NCBI GenBank assembly: GCA_964519305.1
Contig: CAZFHY010000002.1
Coordinates: 32,001-96,000 of the forward strand
Reading direction: 5' to 3'
Length of the DNA stretch: 64,000 nt
From: Candidatus Undinarchaeota archaeon
GTDB lineage: Archaea > SpSt-1190 > JASMDC01
Shown: positions 9,976 through 20,162 of the stretch, piece by piece
Position numbering within the stretch: the first letter of the stretch is position 1
Layout of the letters: every line of letters begins with the position of its first letter
Position numbers and translations under genes: made by a program
Notes under the pieces: model-generated
The model's database searches: none
What the model was told of the DNA's origin: nothing
The model's input: only the letters and a program-made list of their open reading frames with translations

Positions 9976-11165
9976 GATCCCTCACTCCTGAAATACTCGG
10001 GGAACAGTACTGTACATACAGAGGCGAGCCCTACTCCCGATACGGGTACCAACGGCGCGTACATACTAAGGAACGTTTCAGGGGAGTACATGGCATACGC
10101 CGAGTACGCGGCAAAGGGGGCCCACCATAAGAGGACCGGGGCCAAAGCGTACCAACCTGCAACCGCAAGCCCCACGAGCGCTGTCATCGCGGTCATTGGG
10201 GCATGGATGTTGCGAAGAAGGTAGCGGTCCTCCGATGCCCACCTGTCCTCTGATGAGCCCATCAGTCGTGCCAGCTCATCGATCCGCATCTGAAGACCAC
10301 CGAACGACTCTGGACCTTCCCGCGTGCTGTCGATGGCGATATGGACTAGCGATGGGAGCGTGAGGGCGAGGAGGAGTGCGGCGAGCGTTATGGGTGATAC
10401 GGCTCTCCTCTTCTCTTCTTTACCAGCGATAAGGACCATCGCAGGGATGATTAGGAGAAGGTTCTCTTTGGAGAGGCTGGCCGCTAGAGCCAGGGACGCA
10501 ACGGAAAGGCCTGCCAGCGGACGCGAGGACGTGCGCAGCGAAGCTGCTAGGGCCGTTATCGCGAGAACCTGGAGGAACAGTGAGAGCGACGGATCGGCAG
10601 CGGCCGTGGATACCGCGACATGGAGGGGCATAAGGACGAGGGATGCGCTTGCGAGCAATGCCGCACCTCGGTTACCGAGCACAAGGAACGTGAGCACGAA
10701 AAGACCGGGGACCGTCAGCAATGCCGCAATAAGGGAAACAGCACGTGCCGTGGTGACGGAAGTGCCTGCCAGAGCGAACGCCAGGGCCAGGCTCGTCGGG
10801 TACCCGGCGGTCCTCCCGTCCGTGCGTGGGGTTGGACATTCGACACTGGCGGAAGGAAGATGTTGGGCGAAGATATCCTGACCGCTCTTGTCGAAGTCGC
10901 AGTACGCGTTCATGTGTCGGAGGAGAACGGTCCTTCCCTGGAGCATACCTAGATGGTCCCGCTCCATGGGCGTATAGACGTCAGGGGCCCCGAGCCTCAC
11001 AAAGAAAGCCAAGGCAGTGAGGAACGCGAGCACCGCCCAGGTGGACCGGGGTACCTCTTGGAGAGCGTTGCGGAACGCACGCCTGCCTCCTACTGCCAGC
11101 ACCACCACCAATCCCCAGGCAGCAAAGGCCGTGGTAGCCTCTGCACCGGGCATGACGTGGAGCAT
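9972..11165 (-). CDS. GT-C glycosyltransferase family (PMT_2/ArnT-like) membrane protein
   Basis: 'GYP..LA..F.L.G.S...AR.VS......T...LF.L...L.....AALLA...L...P.H...S' pattern; overlaps the B12-rSAM start (ATGA); start may be 11201. Confidence 0.7.
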   Translation of the reverse strand: MLHVMPGAEATTAFAAWGLVVVLAVGGRRAFRNALQEVPRSTWAVLAFLTALAFFVRLGAPDVYTPMERDHLGMLQGRTVLLRHMNAYCDFDKSGQDIFAQHLPSASVECPTPRTDGRTAGYPTSLALAFALAGTSVTTARAVSLIAALLTVPGLFVLTFLVLGNRGAALLASASLVLMPLHVAVSTAAADPSLSLFLQVLAITALAASLRTSSRPLAGLSVASLALAASLSKENLLLIIPAMVLIAGKEEKRRAVSPITLAALLLALTLPSLVHIAIDSTREGPESFGGLQMRIDELARLMGSSEDRWASEDRYLLRNIHAPMTAMTALVGLAVAGWYALAPVLLWWAPFAAYSAYAMYSPETFLSMYAPLVPVSGVGLASVCTVLFPEYFRSEGS

Positions 11166-11262
11166 GGTATAGGTTGTGAATGGGGCAACCTTTTTTACCA
11201 TAACCCCCGGGCGGCCGATGATTGCATCCCCTTTCTTAAATCAAGCATATCTACCGGTGCCC

Positions 11263-12012
11263 ATGTCCGAGGATGTCGATCTCAACCCTTCCTTGAATGC
11301 ACAAGCCCTCACCCGGCGGTTCGGGGAAAAGACCGTTGTGGACGACATCGCTATAGCTGTCAGCCGTGGTTCTATTACAGGCCTGCTCGGGCCAAATGGC
11401 GCTGGGAAGACGACCGCAATGCGGATGATGGCCGGTATCCTGCGTCCTACCCGTGGCGAGACGCTCATCACCAGTTATGATATCTGGTGTGAACCTCTCA
11501 AGGCCAAGGCCGCCCTGGGATACCTCCCCGAGTCGCTCGATCTCTACGACAACCTCACAACCGAGGAGTTCCTTCGCTTCATCTGCCGCGCGTACGGTAT
11601 GGACGATAAGGCCACTGATGAAGCCCTTGAACGCTGGATGGCGACCTTCGGATTGAATGAACTGGCTGATGACCTGATCGGCGACCAGTCCAAGGGGTTC
11701 CGTCAGCGAGTGGCCCTTGCCTCGGTGTTCATCCACGATCCCGAGGTGCTCGTCCTGGACGAGCCCTTCATCAATCTCGATCCGGCCACGTCCCGTATGG
11801 TCAAGGACCTGCTGATGGATGGCCGTGACGAGCGTGCAGTGCTCTTAGCGACCCACCTCGCATCGGTGGCCGAGGAGGTTTGCGACCGTGTTATCGTTCT
11901 AAATAAAGGAAAGGTGATTGCCCGGGACCAGCCCGCCCCCCTTGCCAAGCGCTTTGGTGGTGACCTGGAACGGGCTTTCGTGGAGCTCGTCAAGGAGGAG
12001 ACGCGTGCATGA
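11263..12012 (+). CDS. ABC transporter ATP-binding protein
   Basis: GPNGAGKT Walker A, SKGFRQR signature, VLVLDEP Walker B, H-loop. Confidence 0.93.
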   Translation: MSEDVDLNPSLNAQALTRRFGEKTVVDDIAIAVSRGSITGLLGPNGAGKTTAMRMMAGILRPTRGETLITSYDIWCEPLKAKAALGYLPESLDLYDNLTTEEFLRFICRAYGMDDKATDEALERWMATFGLNELADDLIGDQSKGFRQRVALASVFIHDPEVLVLDEPFINLDPATSRMVKDLLMDGRDERAVLLATHLASVAEEVCDRVIVLNKGKVIARDQPAPLAKRFGGDLERAFVELVKEETRA

Positions 12013-13655
12013 AAGGTCCCCGCTATACTCGTGACCGGGATAGCGGTTCGAATCGCGTATCACCGGGATGGGCGGCCGTTTCGCTCCTCACCATCACTGA
12101 CCTGCGGAACCTGGCCCATCAGGGACGTCGACGTGTCCTGCTCATAATCCCGTACATCGTGTTCCTGCTCTTGTTCTACGGGATGGTGCGCGGGACGTTC
12201 GAGCACCTGGCCGAGGGAATCGCTGGGCGGGTGGCCCCGCTAACGGTCGCGGGGATAGTCTATCACCTCGTACTGGCCATGAGCCTGCTGGAGGGGGTGC
12301 TGGGCAGTATGCGGCTCTTCGTACGCTCTGATATGGACATCCTTCACGCGCTCCCTCTGACGAACCGCGACAGGTTCCTCTCACGGTTCGCGGTCGAAGT
12401 AGGGGTGGAGGCCGTGACGTTCGCACCCGTCGCACTTGTGTTCGCTCTTGCAGCAGCTCCAGGAAGGCTGGACATCGCGCTACCGTTCCTGCTCCTTTTC
12501 TGGGCGTTCTACTTCACTGCAGAGGGCGTCCGATATCTCGTCGACCTCCTTCTGGACCGACTGGTCACCTCCCGGCGACGTTACCTGACAGGTGTCCGCC
12601 GGATGGTCCTAGTGCTGACGATGGCATGCCTTTTCCTTCCCGTGCTCCTCAGGGTCCGGGGTGTCCTTGTGCTCCCTGCAGTAGGGTACATGGTAGGTAT
12701 CCTCAACGGTGTATGGTTCCTACCGTCCACGGCAGCTGCTGGGGCCACGCTCGCACTGTTCGCAGGACAGTGGATGGTGTTCGCGTCCAATTTCGCGATC
12801 GTGGTCGTGGAGGGCGCGCTCTTCCTCGTGGCCGCCTCGGCCCTATCCGGTCATGTGTTCGACTACGAGTTCGTACACTTCCGCACCCAGTCCATGATCC
12901 GGGCGCTCAGATCATCCCGATGGGGCGAGCTCGCCCTCCCCCGTAGCTGGCGCACAACGCCTTTCGCAGAACTAGTCCACAAGGACCTCCTTGTGCTCTC
13001 CCGCACACATGCATACCAGTTACAATTGGTGGTCCCCTTCGTGGTGTTCACCGGCATCATGGCGATAAACACACTCTACCTCCATCTATTCGCCCGGTTC
13101 TCCGAACCCGAGGTGACGCTCTTCATCGCGACCTACATCCAGTTCCTGGCGATATGGTTCATCTTCGTACCGGCCGCTGAGTACTGCTTTGCCGTGGAGG
13201 TGCGCCAGGAATGGTTGATTCGCATGCTCCCCCTCCATCGTTCCGACGTTATCCACGCTCGCTTCCTGGCGCTCTTGGCTTACAATGGCTCGCTGGCATT
13301 CTTCTTATCACTGGCCACGGTGCTCTCGGTGCTGGGAACGGTCAATCCCGCTTACGTACTGCTGGCGCTGGCTGTCGGGGTAGCCAATATCGCCTACTCT
13401 GCGGCGATGGCCATAATGGTCAATCTGATTTCTCCAGCCTACGTCTCCCGGTTCTTGGCAAATCCTCTGGCGACCGTACTATACATCGCTCAGTACCTCG
13501 TCACCCTTCTGGTCTTCTCCCGCGTAGCAGGGCTGTTCATAGACGATATACCGCTCCTTCTCTGGATATCGCTCGTGACGTTCCTGGCCGCCGCGATATT
13601 GTGCTTACGCCTGTCAGCAGGTCTCCTCGAGGGTAAGGATGCTATCGGGGCATGA
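12009..13655 (+). CDS. ABC-2 type exporter permease (two-lobed membrane protein)
   Basis: About 12 TM, 'D...L..LPL' motif twice, 'KD...L.R'; ATGA overlap with the ATPase gene. Confidence 0.75.
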   Translation: MKGPRYTRDRDSGSNRVSPGWAAVSLLTITDLRNLAHQGRRRVLLIIPYIVFLLLFYGMVRGTFEHLAEGIAGRVAPLTVAGIVYHLVLAMSLLEGVLGSMRLFVRSDMDILHALPLTNRDRFLSRFAVEVGVEAVTFAPVALVFALAAAPGRLDIALPFLLLFWAFYFTAEGVRYLVDLLLDRLVTSRRRYLTGVRRMVLVLTMACLFLPVLLRVRGVLVLPAVGYMVGILNGVWFLPSTAAAGATLALFAGQWMVFASNFAIVVVEGALFLVAASALSGHVFDYEFVHFRTQSMIRALRSSRWGELALPRSWRTTPFAELVHKDLLVLSRTHAYQLQLVVPFVVFTGIMAINTLYLHLFARFSEPEVTLFIATYIQFLAIWFIFVPAAEYCFAVEVRQEWLIRMLPLHRSDVIHARFLALLAYNGSLAFFLSLATVLSVLGTVNPAYVLLALAVGVANIAYSAAMAIMVNLISPAYVSRFLANPLATVLYIAQYLVTLLVFSRVAGLFIDDIPLLLWISLVTFLAAAILCLRLSAGLLEGKDAIGA

Positions 13656-13830
13656 AAAAGAGGGTACGCGGGCATATTCTCAGAGTCTGGTGGACAAGGA
13701 ATATCCCTTAATAAGGGACATATCCTCGTTATGACGTCCTGCGATGAGTTAATGTGTGTTAAACACAACATTTAAATATGATTAAAAATTGACCCTAAAA
13801 CGCATAAGAAAAGCAAAGGAGATGAAAAAA

Positions 13831-14106
13831 ATGGCAATAAGACTGTTGAAACCGCTCTTGCCGCCCGGTGTGGTGGACGTCGACTGCGTCGATGCGTGTG
13901 GGTTCACAGTGGTGCCGTATTCCGTGACCGCGGCTGTCCAAGGGGCTGACGCTGTCCCGGTAACGGGCCTCTACGCGGCCCTCACACTCGTCAAGGACGT
14001 GGTGGGGACCGACGAGTCCGTCGTATTGTACGAGATAGAGCGCCGGCTCGCGAGCCGGTGGACCAAGACCGCCTCGGGGCGCCTCAGGCGCATGCCTAAC
14101 ACCTGA
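13831..14106 (+). CDS. Hypothetical protein
   Basis: ORF with GGAG SD-like sequence downstream of an AT-rich promoter-like tract; start uncertain (13789-13831). Confidence 0.45.
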   Translation: MAIRLLKPLLPPGVVDVDCVDACGFTVVPYSVTAAVQGADAVPVTGLYAALTLVKDVVGTDESVVLYEIERRLASRWTKTASGRLRRMPNT

Positions 14107-14207
14107 AAAAAGTGTGGGACCCGAACGGAGGTGGTAGCTTGACCATAAGATCGCTCCATACTTAGGGACGCTCGCCGCGGGACGCCCGGGGCAAAGGCCG
14201 GACCAGC

Positions 14208-14834
14208 TTACTCAAGGGGCTCGATGAGCCCCAGTCGGTCCATCTCATGCTCCAGGCGTTCCCGAGCGGCGTCAAGAGCGACACCCATGAGATGACGCTC
14301 AAAAACAGATCCCTTATCGAGGTTAGCGGATGCGGCGTACCGCTGCCCGCCCACCTCGAACAGGCGCAGGTATCCTAGGGACTCGAGCATCTCCAGTCCC
14401 CGGGAGAACACCCTGCGTGTCTCCACACCGAGGGCGGCCCGCTCGGGTCGGGTACGTCGGAAGAGATAACCCTCCTCGTAGGAGAATGTGCGCTGGACGA
14501 GATGTGGGAGCACGCAGGCGCATGCCTTCATTGCCAGCCCGAGCCCCCCGGGATCGGATCGCACCCGACGAAGGAGCGAGGACTGGAAAGCTGCTCTGAG
14601 GTCATTATCGTCGGTATCGCGACGGGCATAGATCCGCTCCGCTCCAAGCTTCACATGACGCAGGTCGTGCCGACTGGCGTACCGGCGGAGACCCTCTCGC
14701 GCCCTCTCCGCCCCGGTGCCTGGGGGAACGGCCCGCTCTTCTTCGAGAACACGGGCCAACGCATCCACGGTCACGGCACCGTCGAGGGTCAGGACTGCTG
14801 AAATGAGCTGCTCGATCCTCCCTCGACCTGCCAT
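14208..14834 (-). CDS. Hypothetical protein, possible tandem winged-helix domains
   Basis: ATG 10 nt after the hutU stop; 'L..LE..GYLR..EVGG.RY' wHTH-like segment. Confidence 0.55.
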   Translation of the reverse strand: MAGRGRIEQLISAVLTLDGAVTVDALARVLEEERAVPPGTGAERAREGLRRYASRHDLRHVKLGAERIYARRDTDDNDLRAAFQSSLLRRVRSDPGGLGLAMKACACVLPHLVQRTFSYEEGYLFRRTRPERAALGVETRRVFSRGLEMLESLGYLRLFEVGGQRYAASANLDKGSVFERHLMGVALDAARERLEHEMDRLGLIEPLE

Positions 14835-14844
14835 TATCCGCTCC

Positions 14845-16530
14845 CTACTTTGGGATCTTGAGACCCTTCTCCCTTGCGGTCGTGATAGCGATGTCATATC
14901 CGGCGTCAACATGTCGGGCAACACCGATCCCCGGATCAACGGAGAGCACACGCTCCAGCCGCTTGGCACGCTCGGGGGTTCCATCGGCCACGATGACCAT
15001 GCCGGCGTGCAGGGAATTACCGATGCCCACACCACCCCCGTGGTGGAACGACAACCATGATGCGCCGTTGAGGGTGTTGAGGGCGAAATTCAACAGCGGC
15101 CAGTCACCGATGGCGTCCGAGCCGTCTTTCATCCCCTCGGTCTCACGGTTGGGTGAAGCGACCGAGCCGCAGTCAAGGTGGTCCCTTCCAATGACGATCG
15201 GTGCCTTCACCTCCCCGGTTCCGACCAGGCGGTTGATCTCAAGTCCGAACCGGGCACGGTCGCCGTACCCGAGCCAGCAGATGCGAGTGGGCAACCCAAG
15301 GACGGGGACCCGTTCGCGTGCCATGGTGATCCAGCGGTGGAGCGGCTTATCATCCGGGAACATCTTGAACAGCGCGTCATCGATGACACGCAGGTCCTCG
15401 GGATCGCCCGAGAGCGCCGCCCACCGGAATGGTCCCTTGCCTTGACAGAACAGCGGGCGGATGTAGGCCGGGACGAATCCGGGGTACACGAACGAACCGT
15501 CCTCCTTCCTGACCTTGGTACCGCCAAGCTCGGCCTGGCCGCGGAGGTTGTTACCGTAATCCACGGCCACAGCACCAGCCTCCTGCATAGCGATGATCGC
15601 CTCGGTATGGGCGCATATGGCTTCGAGCGACCTCTTCCGATACTCTTCCGGATCCTCCTCCTGCAACCGGTCGACTTCGTCGAGTGGTCCGGGTGGTACG
15701 TAAGAGAGGAGATCGTGTGCTGACGTTTGATCCGTGACGATGTCGGGGGTGACGCCCCGCCGAACGAGTTCCGGGAGGACCTCGGCAGCGTTCCCCACAA
15801 GACCGATAGACAGTGGCTCGCCAGCGGCGATGGCCTTGTTCACCCATGACAGTGCCTCGTCCAGTGAGTCAGTGATACGGTCGCAGTAACCCTCGTCCAC
15901 CTTTTGCTGGATGCGCTCACGGCGGACCTCAACGTCAAGTATGACCGCCTCGTTCATTGTACCAGCCATGGGTTGTGCGCCGCTCATGGCCCCCATACCC
16001 GCGGTGACGATGAACTTTCCCTTCAGTGTGTCAGTGTTGAAGTCCTTCTTGCCGATAGCACCGAACGTCTCGTACGTCCCCTGGAGGATACCCTGGGTGC
16101 CGATGTAGATCCACGAGCCGGCTGTCATCTGGCCGTACATGGTCAGCCCCAGCTGGTCCATGCGATCGAAGTACTCTTGGGTGGCCCACCGTGGCACGAG
16201 ATTGGAATTGGCGATGATGACGCGGGGCGCCTCCAGATGACTGGGGGCGATGTACACGGGCTTGCCCGACTGGACGCACAGGGTCTCATCAGGTCCCAGC
16301 TCCATGAGGGCCCGGACGATGCGGTTGAACTCCCGCCAGTTGCGGGCGGCCCGACCACTGCCACCGTACACGATGAGCTGGTCGGGGACCAGTGCCACCT
16401 GGGGGTCCAGGTTGTTCATGAGCATTCTGAGCGCGGCCTCTGCGTCCCAGGTCTTGCAGTGGAGCTCAGTGCCTGTGTAAGCGTGAATGTCGCCTGGAGG
16501 CTTTTCCTCCATGAACATGGGGCGTGCCAT
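14845..16530 (-). CDS. hutU: Urocanate hydratase
   Basis: [53 protein letters not shown]. Confidence 0.97.
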   Translation of the reverse strand: MARPMFMEEKPPGDIHAYTGTELHCKTWDAEAALRMLMNNLDPQVALVPDQLIVYGGSGRAARNWREFNRIVRALMELGPDETLCVQSGKPVYIAPSHLEAPRVIIANSNLVPRWATQEYFDRMDQLGLTMYGQMTAGSWIYIGTQGILQGTYETFGAIGKKDFNTDTLKGKFIVTAGMGAMSGAQPMAGTMNEAVILDVEVRRERIQQKVDEGYCDRITDSLDEALSWVNKAIAAGEPLSIGLVGNAAEVLPELVRRGVTPDIVTDQTSAHDLLSYVPPGPLDEVDRLQEEDPEEYRKRSLEAICAHTEAIIAMQEAGAVAVDYGNNLRGQAELGGTKVRKEDGSFVYPGFVPAYIRPLFCQGKGPFRWAALSGDPEDLRVIDDALFKMFPDDKPLHRWITMARERVPVLGLPTRICWLGYGDRARFGLEINRLVGTGEVKAPIVIGRDHLDCGSVASPNRETEGMKDGSDAIGDWPLLNFALNTLNGASWLSFHHGGGVGIGNSLHAGMVIVADGTPERAKRLERVLSVDPGIGVARHVDAGYDIAITTAREKGLKIPK

Positions 16531-16599
16531 GTTGTGGACGGCCTGAAGAACGCTTAAAAGGCTAGGGGAGACGGCGTGCTATGGAGTGGCGGAGCGGGC

Positions 16600-17601
16600 T
16601 CAGTCGAGCTGTTCCAGGAGTTCCTTGACTATCCCCTTCACGCGTTGATCGGGGGATACTTGTGCAGGTTCTTCAGTGTCTCCCTCGTGCTCACCGAGAC
16701 ATTCTGCAACGATGGCAGCAACGCCGTTCCCCATGGCGTCCAGATCGTACCCGCCCTCTAGGAAGAAAGCAAGTTTCTTGGTCCGCTGGACGAGCTCCCT
16801 GGCGATGTGCCTGTACGTGGGGATTGTGACCTCTAGGGATGTGAGAGGATCGTTGGTATGTGCGTCCAGGCCCACGGACACAAGGACCGCCTCGGGCCGG
16901 AAGGAGTCGTACACCCTACCGAACACGGTGTCGAAGGCCCAGCAGAAGTCAGCGTCCCCTGCGCCTGGTGGAAGAGGTACGTTAGCTGTGAATCCCGTAC
17001 CATCACCCCTCCCTGTCTCGTGGGTGAAACCGCTGCCGGGAAAGAGGGTGCGCGGGTCCTGGTGGAGGGATATGTAGAACACATGGGGCGAGCTGTAGAA
17101 TATATCTTGTGTTCCGTTCCCGTGATGGCAGTCGATGTCGAGGACGAGCACGCGCTCCAGACCGTCGTCCAGCAATCGCTGAGCTGCGATGGCAACGTTG
17201 TTGTAGTAGCAGAAACCGCATGCACGTGCACGTTCGGAGTGATGTCCGGGAGGGCGCAGGAGGGCGAACGACGGTTCATCGCGTTTCACGGCCTCACGTG
17301 CCGCGAGAAGACCGCCGCCGACGGCACGACAGGCGATTGCATGGGTCCCCATCGGGACGGGAGTGTCCATGTCTATGGAGCCGCCTTGTAGGGAGAGGCG
17401 TTCGATGAGGTCAACGAGCTCAGACACATGGCAGGTGAGAAGATCATCCCGGGTGCACACATCAGGGGAGAGGACCTTGCACTGCTCCCATAGACCGAGT
17501 TGCTGGAGCGCAGCAATGGCGGCCTCCAACCTCGCGCGACGCTCCGGATGGAACGCCCCGGGATTATGGGCCAGATAATCATCATGATGAACGAGTAGCA
17601 T
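16600..17601 (-). CDS. Histone deacetylase family protein
   Basis: HPE, RPPGHH, GFC.YNN, DIDCHHGNGTQ, EGGY. Confidence 0.95.
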   Translation of the reverse strand: MLLVHHDDYLAHNPGAFHPERRARLEAAIAALQQLGLWEQCKVLSPDVCTRDDLLTCHVSELVDLIERLSLQGGSIDMDTPVPMGTHAIACRAVGGGLLAAREAVKRDEPSFALLRPPGHHSERARACGFCYYNNVAIAAQRLLDDGLERVLVLDIDCHHGNGTQDIFYSSPHVFYISLHQDPRTLFPGSGFTHETGRGDGTGFTANVPLPPGAGDADFCWAFDTVFGRVYDSFRPEAVLVSVGLDAHTNDPLTSLEVTIPTYRHIARELVQRTKKLAFFLEGGYDLDAMGNGVAAIVAECLGEHEGDTEEPAQVSPDQRVKGIVKELLEQLD

Positions 17602-18040
17602 TGGGTATCGCCCTCTCCATCACCCTCACCTGGTTGACGATCTCCCCGGCTATGATGCCGGCGCTGACGGCACCCTCAAGTGACATGTCGCCCCCACGGC
17701 TCTCGATGTGGATGGCAGGCACCGAGGAAACGTTCGCGTTAGGATGAGATGCTATGTTGACCTTTACTAAGTGGACTGTATCGTTCATTCCCTCGGCCAG
17801 GTCCTCCATGAGCGGAGTCTGGTCCCGGCACGAGGGGCAATCGTTGCGGTAATAGTAGGTCACGACCACCTTGTCCTGTGCAATCAGTTTACGAAGGATA
17901 GTGTCGTTGAGCGGGCTCGTGCTCACGTTATCGTGGTCGGGCTCAAGATAGGCCCCATAGATCTCGCGGTAGAACTGGACACCTAATGTGAGGGCCACTG
18001 AGACCACGAACACGGTCATGACAGCGTCCTTCGAGACCAT
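17582..18040 (-). CDS. Membrane-anchored thioredoxin-fold protein
   Basis: N-terminal TM, CPSC motif, cis-Pro 'SVP'. Confidence 0.75.
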   Translation of the reverse strand: MVSKDAVMTVFVVSVALTLGVQFYREIYGAYLEPDHDNVSTSPLNDTILRKLIAQDKVVVTYYYRNDCPSCRDQTPLMEDLAEGMNDTVHLVKVNIASHPNANVSSVPAIHIESRGGDMSLEGAVSAGIIAGEIVNQVRVMERAIPNATRSS

Positions 18041-18107
18041 GAGATGCCCCTCGGATTGCCGAAGCCCTCCTCAATTTATATACTTTGTCGGTGTCCGATA
18101 CGACGGT

Positions 18108-18362
18108 ATGCCTGACGCACTGTCCGCGTATATCTTCTACCTCGGGTTCCTGATAATACTGGGACTGGCGGTTCGCCAGTGGTATGAAAAGCTCGTCACT
18201 CCCGAGCCGGAGGAACCTCCTGTGGACAGGTACTGGAAGGATTCCTACGGTATAATGAAGTCGTACTATGCCTCAGAGCAGCTCCAGCCCCCGGTGGCCG
18301 ACAGACGGTACCTCAATCCACTTGGCCCTCAAGCCGGTGGGTGGAGAGCGGGGAATAGATAG
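18108..18362 (+). CDS. Small single-TM hypothetical protein
   Basis: ATG ~25 nt after TTTATATA; one hydrophobic helix; overlaps the thpR 3' end. Confidence 0.5.
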   Translation: MPDALSAYIFYLGFLIILGLAVRQWYEKLVTPEPEEPPVDRYWKDSYGIMKSYYASEQLQPPVADRRYLNPLGPQAGGWRAGNR

Positions 18363-18879
18363 GCCCCTGTGGTGTGAGAGTGCTCCTGATCAGGGAGAAC
18401 TCCTTGACCGAAAGCTCACCGATGTCCACGGTCTTTAGTCTTTCGATGGCCCCGACCAGCTCTGCCCGGTTCCTACCACTGCGTACCCGTGCCAGGGTTA
18501 TATGTGGTCGATAGCTCCTCGTGTCGCGCCGGAATCCTATTCCCTCAGCAGCCCGTTCCACATCTTCGTGCAGGGCACTTAGGGCGGGGGATGGCTCGAG
18601 CCCCAACCAAACGACTCGCACTCGTCGTGGATTGGGGAACACGCCGGTAGAGCGGACATGGAGCATGAATGGAGCGTTCCGGCCTGCGACCTCATTAAGA
18701 ACTTCGCTAAGCGGCCCCGCCCGTTCATCGGGGATGTCGCCCAAGAACTTGAGGTTCACATGTAGGTTCCTTAGTCCTACGAACTTGGCATCAGCTCCGG
18801 CGGTCTGCAGCGACTTCATCACATCATCGATGGCTGGAGCGAGGGCTTCAAGGCCGATACCGATGAACGCGCGCACCAT
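18313..18879 (-). CDS. thpR: RNA 2',3'-cyclic phosphodiesterase (2'-5' RNA ligase)
   Basis: RAFI, H.NLKFLG, G.FP....RVVW.G, PHITLAR, S.L.P.GPIY. Confidence 0.93.
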   Translation of the reverse strand: MVRAFIGIGLEALAPAIDDVMKSLQTAGADAKFVGLRNLHVNLKFLGDIPDERAGPLSEVLNEVAGRNAPFMLHVRSTGVFPNPRRVRVVWLGLEPSPALSALHEDVERAAEGIGFRRDTRSYRPHITLARVRSGRNRAELVGAIERLKTVDIGELSVKEFSLIRSTLTPQGPIYSPLSTHRLEGQVD

Positions 18880-18927
18880 TGACATATTTATAAAAGACAA
18901 GGTGTTATAGCCATTTCGGTGCGCACA

Positions 18928-19608
18928 ATGGCCCGGTACGTCATCAAGGTGGGCGGCTCGGTGCTTGCCCCTGACGGTCCTGATGTGGACCATATCAGGC
19001 GGCTAGCAGAGGCTCTCAAGGAGATAGCTTCGGACGCAGAGGTTTTCGTCGTCGTCGGAGGAGGCCGTGTTGCCCGCCGATATATCGACGGAGCGCGTTC
19101 ACTTGGAGCGCCCGACGCTTACAGTGACATAATCGCCATCGGAGTCACCCGGGCTAACGCCCGGCTTATTATCGCAGCGCTGGGTGACGTGGCGCGACGT
19201 TCGCCCCCGACATCCATAGAAGGCGCCGCTGCAGCCGCGATGAAGGATCGTGTAGTGGTCATGGGCGGGACTGTACCCGGCCACACCACGGATGCGGTGG
19301 CCGCCTTACTTGCAGAATACGTGAGCGCCGATGCCTTAGTGATGTGCAAGGACGTGGGCGGGGTATACACCGCCGATCCAAAGAAGAATCCTGAAGCCGC
19401 TTTCATCCCCAGTCTTACCGGGGAAAAATTACTGGAGATAGTCTCGAAGGGGGATATGGTGGCGGGAGTGTCCGCGGTCACCGACCTACTGGCCGCTCAG
19501 GTCATCACACGCTCGGGACTTTGCACGTACGTAGTGGACGGACGCGACACTGCTAACATCATAGCTACCGTGAGGGAAAAGAAGTGCCCGGGAAGCAGGA
19601 TCAACTAG
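18928..19608 (+). CDS. pyrH: UMP kinase
   Basis: KVGGS, VVGGG..AR.Y, GG..PGHTTD, GVYTADP. Confidence 0.95.
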   Translation: MARYVIKVGGSVLAPDGPDVDHIRRLAEALKEIASDAEVFVVVGGGRVARRYIDGARSLGAPDAYSDIIAIGVTRANARLIIAALGDVARRSPPTSIEGAAAAAMKDRVVVMGGTVPGHTTDAVAALLAEYVSADALVMCKDVGGVYTADPKKNPEAAFIPSLTGEKLLEIVSKGDMVAGVSAVTDLLAAQVITRSGLCTYVVDGRDTANIIATVREKKCPGSRIN

Positions 19609-20162
19609 TCATCGCACTGACGGGGATGCCCGCTAGTGGTAAGGATGCTGCTCTCGAACTCGTTCGAGAAAAGGTACCGATTTTTCGCATGGGTGACGTG
19701 GTCATCGAGCACCTGCGCGAACAGGGCGCCGAAGTTACCTCTGAGAGCGTCGGGGCCATGGCCAACCAACTACGCGCCAAGCACGGGAAGGGCGCTATCG
19801 CCCTCTTACTGGGTGAGCGACTCTCCCGACGTTCTGAGCCTGTGGTAATCATCAACGGTGTCCGGGGTATCGCAGAGGTGCGCGAGTTCCGACGCATGTT
19901 CCCTCTGTTCACACTCATCGCCGTTCACAGCGCCCCTGCCACGCGACATTCCCGTGTACAGGCCCGTCAGCGGGAGGACGATGCGATCTCACGAGAGGCG
20001 TTCGATTCCAAGGATGCACGCGAGCTGTCTTGGGGGCTGGGCGAGGCCATCGCGACGGCGGACCGAATGATCGTGAACGAGGGTTCCCACGAGGAGCTCC
20101 TGGACCGTTTCCGGGAGGTGCTGAATGCACTCGGCGTGCCTGTCGATAAGGATCAGGGCTGA
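19584..20162 (+). CDS. Archaeal dephospho-CoA kinase-like P-loop kinase (UPF0200)
   Basis: TGMPASGK, MGD, GVR...EV, RD.REL.WGLGE.IA.AD-like motif. Confidence 0.85.
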   Translation: MPGKQDQLVIALTGMPASGKDAALELVREKVPIFRMGDVVIEHLREQGAEVTSESVGAMANQLRAKHGKGAIALLLGERLSRRSEPVVIINGVRGIAEVREFRRMFPLFTLIAVHSAPATRHSRVQARQREDDAISREAFDSKDARELSWGLGEAIATADRMIVNEGSHEELLDRFREVLNALGVPVDKDQG

